The notes beneath the pieces are model-generated. The model did not search any database, was not told where the DNA came from, and was given only the letters and a program-made list of their open reading frames with translations. The translations under genes were made by a program, and so were the position numbers. Of a stretch of DNA of 39,838 bases, positions 37,309 to 39,838 are shown in pieces (positions within the stretch are counted from its first letter, which is position 1; each line of letters opens with the position of its first letter). The DNA is from a bacterium (lineage in GTDB: Bacteria; Babelota; Babeliae; Babelales; RVW-14). The stretch is from the NCBI GenBank assembly GCA_043822925.1, contig JBDRBF010000038.1, positions 1 to 39,838 on the forward strand. The letters are read 5' to 3'.

Positions 37309-38487
37309 ATGTATATTAATCGAATTTTGGAGAAAGATATCCTCGAAGGAGCACGCTACTTCCCAGTGGTCGGAATTCTTGGCCCTCGCCAGTCAGGTAA
37401 GACCACGCTAGCCCAAAAAATATTTGATAAACATAATTACGTGTCCCTTGAAGAAGCTGACAAACGAACAGCTGCCATCGAAGATCCAAGAACTTTTTTG
37501 AAACTTCATCGCAATGAATTTGGATTAATTATTGATGAATTTCAGTACGCACCAGATTTATTATCATACATACAAACAATTGTTGATGCCGAAAAAAAAC
37601 AGGGTTTTTTTATTTTAACCGGTTCTCAAAACTTTTTAATGAACCAATCAATAACCCAATCGCTGGCCGGCAGAATATCACTGCACACACTTTTGCCTCT
37701 CTGCTGCGAAGAACTTTCAAAGCAAAATCTACTCCCAGAAGAAATGGAACCTCTTTTGTTTCAAGGGCTCTACCCAGCTATTTACACAAAAGAAACCCCA
37801 CCATCACGGCTGTATAGCCAATATATCAGCACATACGTAGAACGTGATGTACGCCAGCTCGCGCACGTCGGTGATTTAAACACGTTTCAAACTTTTTTAA
37901 CAATGTGCGCTGAACGAGTTGGTCAACGAGTAAATTTAAGCGAATTTGCACGCGAATGTCGAATAAGTGATCAAACGGTTCGGCGATGGCTCTCTATTTT
38001 AGAAGCGAGTTATGTTGTATTTTTATTACAGCCATACGAAAAAACGTTAAGCAAGCGATTAATAAAAACAGCCAAGCTTTATTTTTATGATCCAGGACTC
38101 GTCTGTCACTTACTTGGATTAAATCAAATCGATTTAGCAACTGATGCAAAACGTGGAAACATTTTTGAATCATTCGTTATTTCTGAGATAATCAAACAAT
38201 TTTACAATCACGGCCATAAGCCGTCAGTATATTTTTGGCAAGATCAAGAAGATCACGAAGTTGACTGTGTCATTGATTTACGCAATCGCGCTATCGCACT
38301 TGAGATTAAGGCAAGCAGAACCATTAACACAAGCTTTTTCAGTGGATTATCACATTGGAAAAAAGCTCTCCCCCAAGATATTACCCCCGAAAGCTACATA
38401 ATTTATGGCGCGAATAAAGAGCATATCTCCGGCCGACAAAACGTAGTTAGTTGGCAGTCAATCACAGACCTAATAAAGATAGAATAA
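37309..38487 (+). CDS. AAA_14 ATPase with HTH and DUF4143 (PD-(D/E)xK-like) domain
   Basis: GPRQSGKTT, IIDEFQ, LTGS, SLAGR, NLSEFARECRISDQTVRRWL, KLYFYDPGL, FESFV, EVD..EIK. Confidence 0.93.
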   Translation: MYINRILEKDILEGARYFPVVGILGPRQSGKTTLAQKIFDKHNYVSLEEADKRTAAIEDPRTFLKLHRNEFGLIIDEFQYAPDLLSYIQTIVDAEKKQGFFILTGSQNFLMNQSITQSLAGRISLHTLLPLCCEELSKQNLLPEEMEPLLFQGLYPAIYTKETPPSRLYSQYISTYVERDVRQLAHVGDLNTFQTFLTMCAERVGQRVNLSEFARECRISDQTVRRWLSILEASYVVFLLQPYEKTLSKRLIKTAKLYFYDPGLVCHLLGLNQIDLATDAKRGNIFESFVISEIIKQFYNHGHKPSVYFWQDQEDHEVDCVIDLRNRAIALEIKASRTINTSFFSGLSHWKKALPQDITPESYIIYGANKEHISGRQNVVSWQSITDLIKIE

Positions 38488-38738
38488 ATAGTAACAAACC
38501 TGTATCACGCTAGGCAAATTTGGGCCCCCATTTTCTTACCTATAAATAATCTTTTCAGCCAGACAAGTCATCTTTAAGCAAAATAAAGACGTTTTTAATA
38601 TTAAAACAAGCAAAAAACGTTTTCTGGCTTGTTTTTTAGCCTAATTATAGCTATAATCACAAATCTCAAACTTAGTCTCTCACGCTAAGATTATATAATT
38701 AAAAGCTATAAAAAAACACATGCAAAAGACAGGATTTT

Positions 38739-39838
38739 ATGAATAAAAGAGATTACTACGAAATTCTTGGGGTTGCCAAAACAGCAACTCCAGACGAAAT
38801 AAAAAAAGCATATCGAAAACTCGCTTTGCAATACCATCCTGATAAGAACCCAGATAACAAAGCAGCAGAAGATAAATTTAAAGAAGCTGCCCAAGCATAC
38901 GAAGTTTTATCAGATGATGCCAAGCGCAAAAAATATGATCAATTTGGTCATTCAGCTATGAATAGTGGCTCAGATTATCACCAATATTCAGACATGAGTG
39001 ATATTTTTGAAAGCTTTGGCGACGTATTTGCAGATATGTTTGGCATGAAATCAGGACAAAAAAAACGCCGCAAAACTGGCGGGCCAGCGCCTCAACGTGG
39101 GCACGATCTAACTCAAAGAATAGAAATTACGCTGCAAGAAGCGTTTCTTGGTTGCAAAAAAGAACTCAAAACCTATCGCTATGATACCTGTGAATCTTGT
39201 AAAGGCTCTGGCTGCAGACCTGGAACAAAAGCTATCGAATGTGTAACCTGTCATGGATCTGGATCTGTACACTATCAACAAGGCTTCTTTATGTACTCCC
39301 AAGCCTGCAGTAAATGCCATGGCCAAGGGTATATTATAGAATCTGCTTGTCCTACGTGTCGCGGTCAATCACGCATACAAAAGCACGAGAGACTCACCGT
39401 TTCTATACCAGCCGGCATTTTTGATTCGGCAGAATTACGCGTCTCAAGTAAAGGTGATGCTGGAACTTTTGGCGGCCCCTCTGGTGACCTATTTCTTGCT
39501 GTTGTGATAACTCCTGACAAAACTTTTTCTCGACGTAATAACGATCTGGTTTTGCCCGTTACACTCACGTACCCACAATTAGTCTTGGGATGTCAAATCG
39601 AAATCGAAAATATCGATGGCGCAAAACTTTTAGTCAAAATTCCAAAAGGCTGCCCAGTTGGCCAAGAACTTGTTCTGGCGGGAAAAGGCTTTCCTGAACT
39701 CAGGAGTACAAGACGCGGTAACTTGATTATTCAAGCACTCTGTGATATTCCTACTAAATTAAACGTAGACACAAAAGAAGCCCTGCTAACTTATTCTGAT
39801 AAGCTGACCAAACAAATGGAAAGCGATGGCGGAATTAC
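38739..39838 (+). CDS. dnaJ: Molecular chaperone DnaJ (runs off the window end)
   Basis: Manual translation [26 protein letters not shown] (HPD); zinc repeats [30 protein letters not shown]. Not in the ORF track. Confidence 0.98.
   Translation, partial: MNKRDYYEILGVAKTATPDEIKKAYRKLALQYHPDKNPDNKAAEDKFKEAAQAYEVLSDDAKRKKYDQFGHSAMNSGSDYHQYSDMSDIFESFGDVFADMFGMKSGQKKRRKTGGPAPQRGHDLTQRIEITLQEAFLGCKKELKTYRYDTCESCKGSGCRPGTKAIECVTCHGSGSVHYQQGFFMYSQACSKCHGQGYIIESACPTCRGQSRIQKHERLTVSIPAGIFDSAELRVSSKGDAGTFGGPSGDLFLAVVITPDKTFSRRNNDLVLPVTLTYPQLVLGCQIEIENIDGAKLLVKIPKGCPVGQELVLAGKGFPELRSTRRGNLIIQALCDIPTKLNVDTKEALLTYSDKLTKQMESDGGI

Noticed and set aside
38671-38700. CIRCE element upstream of dnaJ
   Set aside because: TTAGTCTCT...GCTAAG does not fit TTAGCACTC-N9-GAGTGCTAA in sequence or spacing.
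2483-39568. Numerous short antisense or nested ORFs in the track (e.g. 2483, 13895, 16413, 28368, 30706, 39108)
   Set aside because: They lie within or opposite well-supported genes and have no recognisable motifs or translation signals.

Overview
AT-rich bacterial chromosome segment. Housekeeping genes (rnpA, rpmH, trigger-factor-like, yicC, yebC, prfB, tilS, TonB-like, dnaJ, six tRNAs, glycan genes) are interleaved with many signal-peptide-bearing, eukaryote-like or orphan proteins: a cPLA2-like phospholipase, two degenerate PP2C phosphatases, a tandem cysteine-protease/deubiquitinase-like protein, a Cys-rich protein and a paralog trio. This content suggests an intracellular parasite of protists, most plausibly Candidatus Dependentiae/Babelota (TM6); that assignment is inference. 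The most intriguing locus is 12.1-14.5 kb. There a clear sigma70 promoter drives a 70-aa ORF ending in a poly-His run (hisL-like), an orphan protein whose motif order resembles a TrpRS/TyrRS (class Ic) catalytic core lacking HIGH/KMSKS (CDPS-like), and a translationally coupled two-Cys amino-acid racemase. Other highlights are a double Josephin-like protease sharing a 34-aa coiled-coil tag with another secreted protein, a 22-bp iteron-like array upstream of an AAA_14/DUF4143 ATPase-nuclease, paired PP2C pseudophosphatases with the same Asp-to-Arg change, and a tRNA-Ile/tRNA-Ala pair without rRNA genes. No CRISPR array, rRNA, transposase or integrase was seen. All family calls are by-eye motif recognition; no searches were run.
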